Source: Anolis carolinensis (Eukaryota). From it: a DNA stretch of 64,000 nucleotides. Below the pieces are notes generated by a model. It had not been told where the DNA came from, searched no databases, and saw only the letters and a program-made list of their open reading frames with translations. Position numbers and translations under genes: made by a program. Positions 63,219 through 64,000 of the stretch are shown here, piece by piece. The first letter of the stretch is position 1; each line of letters starts with the position of its first letter. The DNA lies in NCBI RefSeq assembly GCF_035594765.1, contig NC_085846.1, positions 34,459,190 through 34,523,189 of the forward strand, given 5' to 3'.

Positions 63219-64000
63219 TTACTGGAATTAATCATATGTATACGAGTCAGAATGATGTGATCAACTAAATGCTGAGACAGAAATAAATCTGCCATCTCGG
63301 ATGTAGACATCACCTCTTCACCCATGCCACAAACTATGGATCCTTTGGCTTTCCAAATGTTTTGGACTACAACTCCTATAGCCCCTTAACAAATCGATCA
63401 CATTGCATGGTCAAGTGGAGCTATAGCCTCAAACATCTAGAAATTTTATTTTAAGCTACTGTATATTATGTTAAAATTTCTAAAAGTTAATGCTGTATAA
63501 ATTCATTGACTGAATGATAATAAACAAGTAGGTTTGTTATCCTTGATACAGGGGCCATTTTCCTATAATGACAGCATGTTGTCCATGCCCTTTCTCAAGG
63601 GTTGGCAGGAAAATAATAATTCAATGAATGCTTATTTGCCGAATCCCTTGTCTTAGAAACAAACTAATTCATTTAATCATTTCAAGTAAAACTACCACAG
63701 ATTTTCATTTTGATGATAACGTTATCAGGAGAAGCCCTAAGTACAATTTATGTAAGGCATATGAAAAGTCTTTGGAAATCAATTTTGCATATAATCTAGC
63801 TTTACATTGAAGACTCTGTCATTTACTATCGATAATTCATACACTTTTAAGTGTGCCAAGTTACTTACAATCATGATCTTAGTCATTCTCAAACACTAGG
63901 AAGCATGTCAGCATATAAACCAGAATTAACTCAGGCTAAGCTCCAGAAAACATTTTTGTACTGCCAAAGACTGTTTAGGAATGTTTGATGGAGGAATCAA

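Overview
This is vertebrate nuclear DNA, almost certainly a squamate of the anole type (inferred from the repeat complement: Sauria SINE, BovB/RTE, Vingi, Penelope, CR1, L2, L1, SPIN/OC1-type hAT MITEs). The right third (about 46.7-63.2 kb, minus strand) holds the 3' half of CDK12: seven coding exons equivalent to human exons 8-14, all with canonical GT-AG sites and consistent phases, plus a probable ~2.1 kb 3' UTR. The left 46 kb is intergenic. It is densely and often nestedly filled with transposon fragments, interrupted by several repeat-free, motif-rich islands that look like conserved cis-regulatory elements; by amniote synteny the next gene should be NEUROD2, which is not visible in the window. 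There is a 140-N assembly gap at 2771-2910. Nearly all ORFs in the supplied track are spurious or TE-derived, and I found no prokaryote-type systems (CRISPR, operons) and no clearly novel protein-coding system. Best leads: (1) a TE-free last CDK12 intron with an in-frame read-through stop and nearby poly(A) signals, a possible short-isoform or autoregulatory intronic-polyadenylation switch; (2) a CpG- and homeodomain-site-rich island at 26.4-27.6 kb; (3) chimeric hAT MITEs resembling the horizontally transferred OC1 and SPIN families; (4) Penelope-derived hairpins with decayed hammerhead-ribozyme cores; (5) a Vingi LINE/SINE pair sharing a 3' end. Repeat family names come from recognising motifs, not from database searches.
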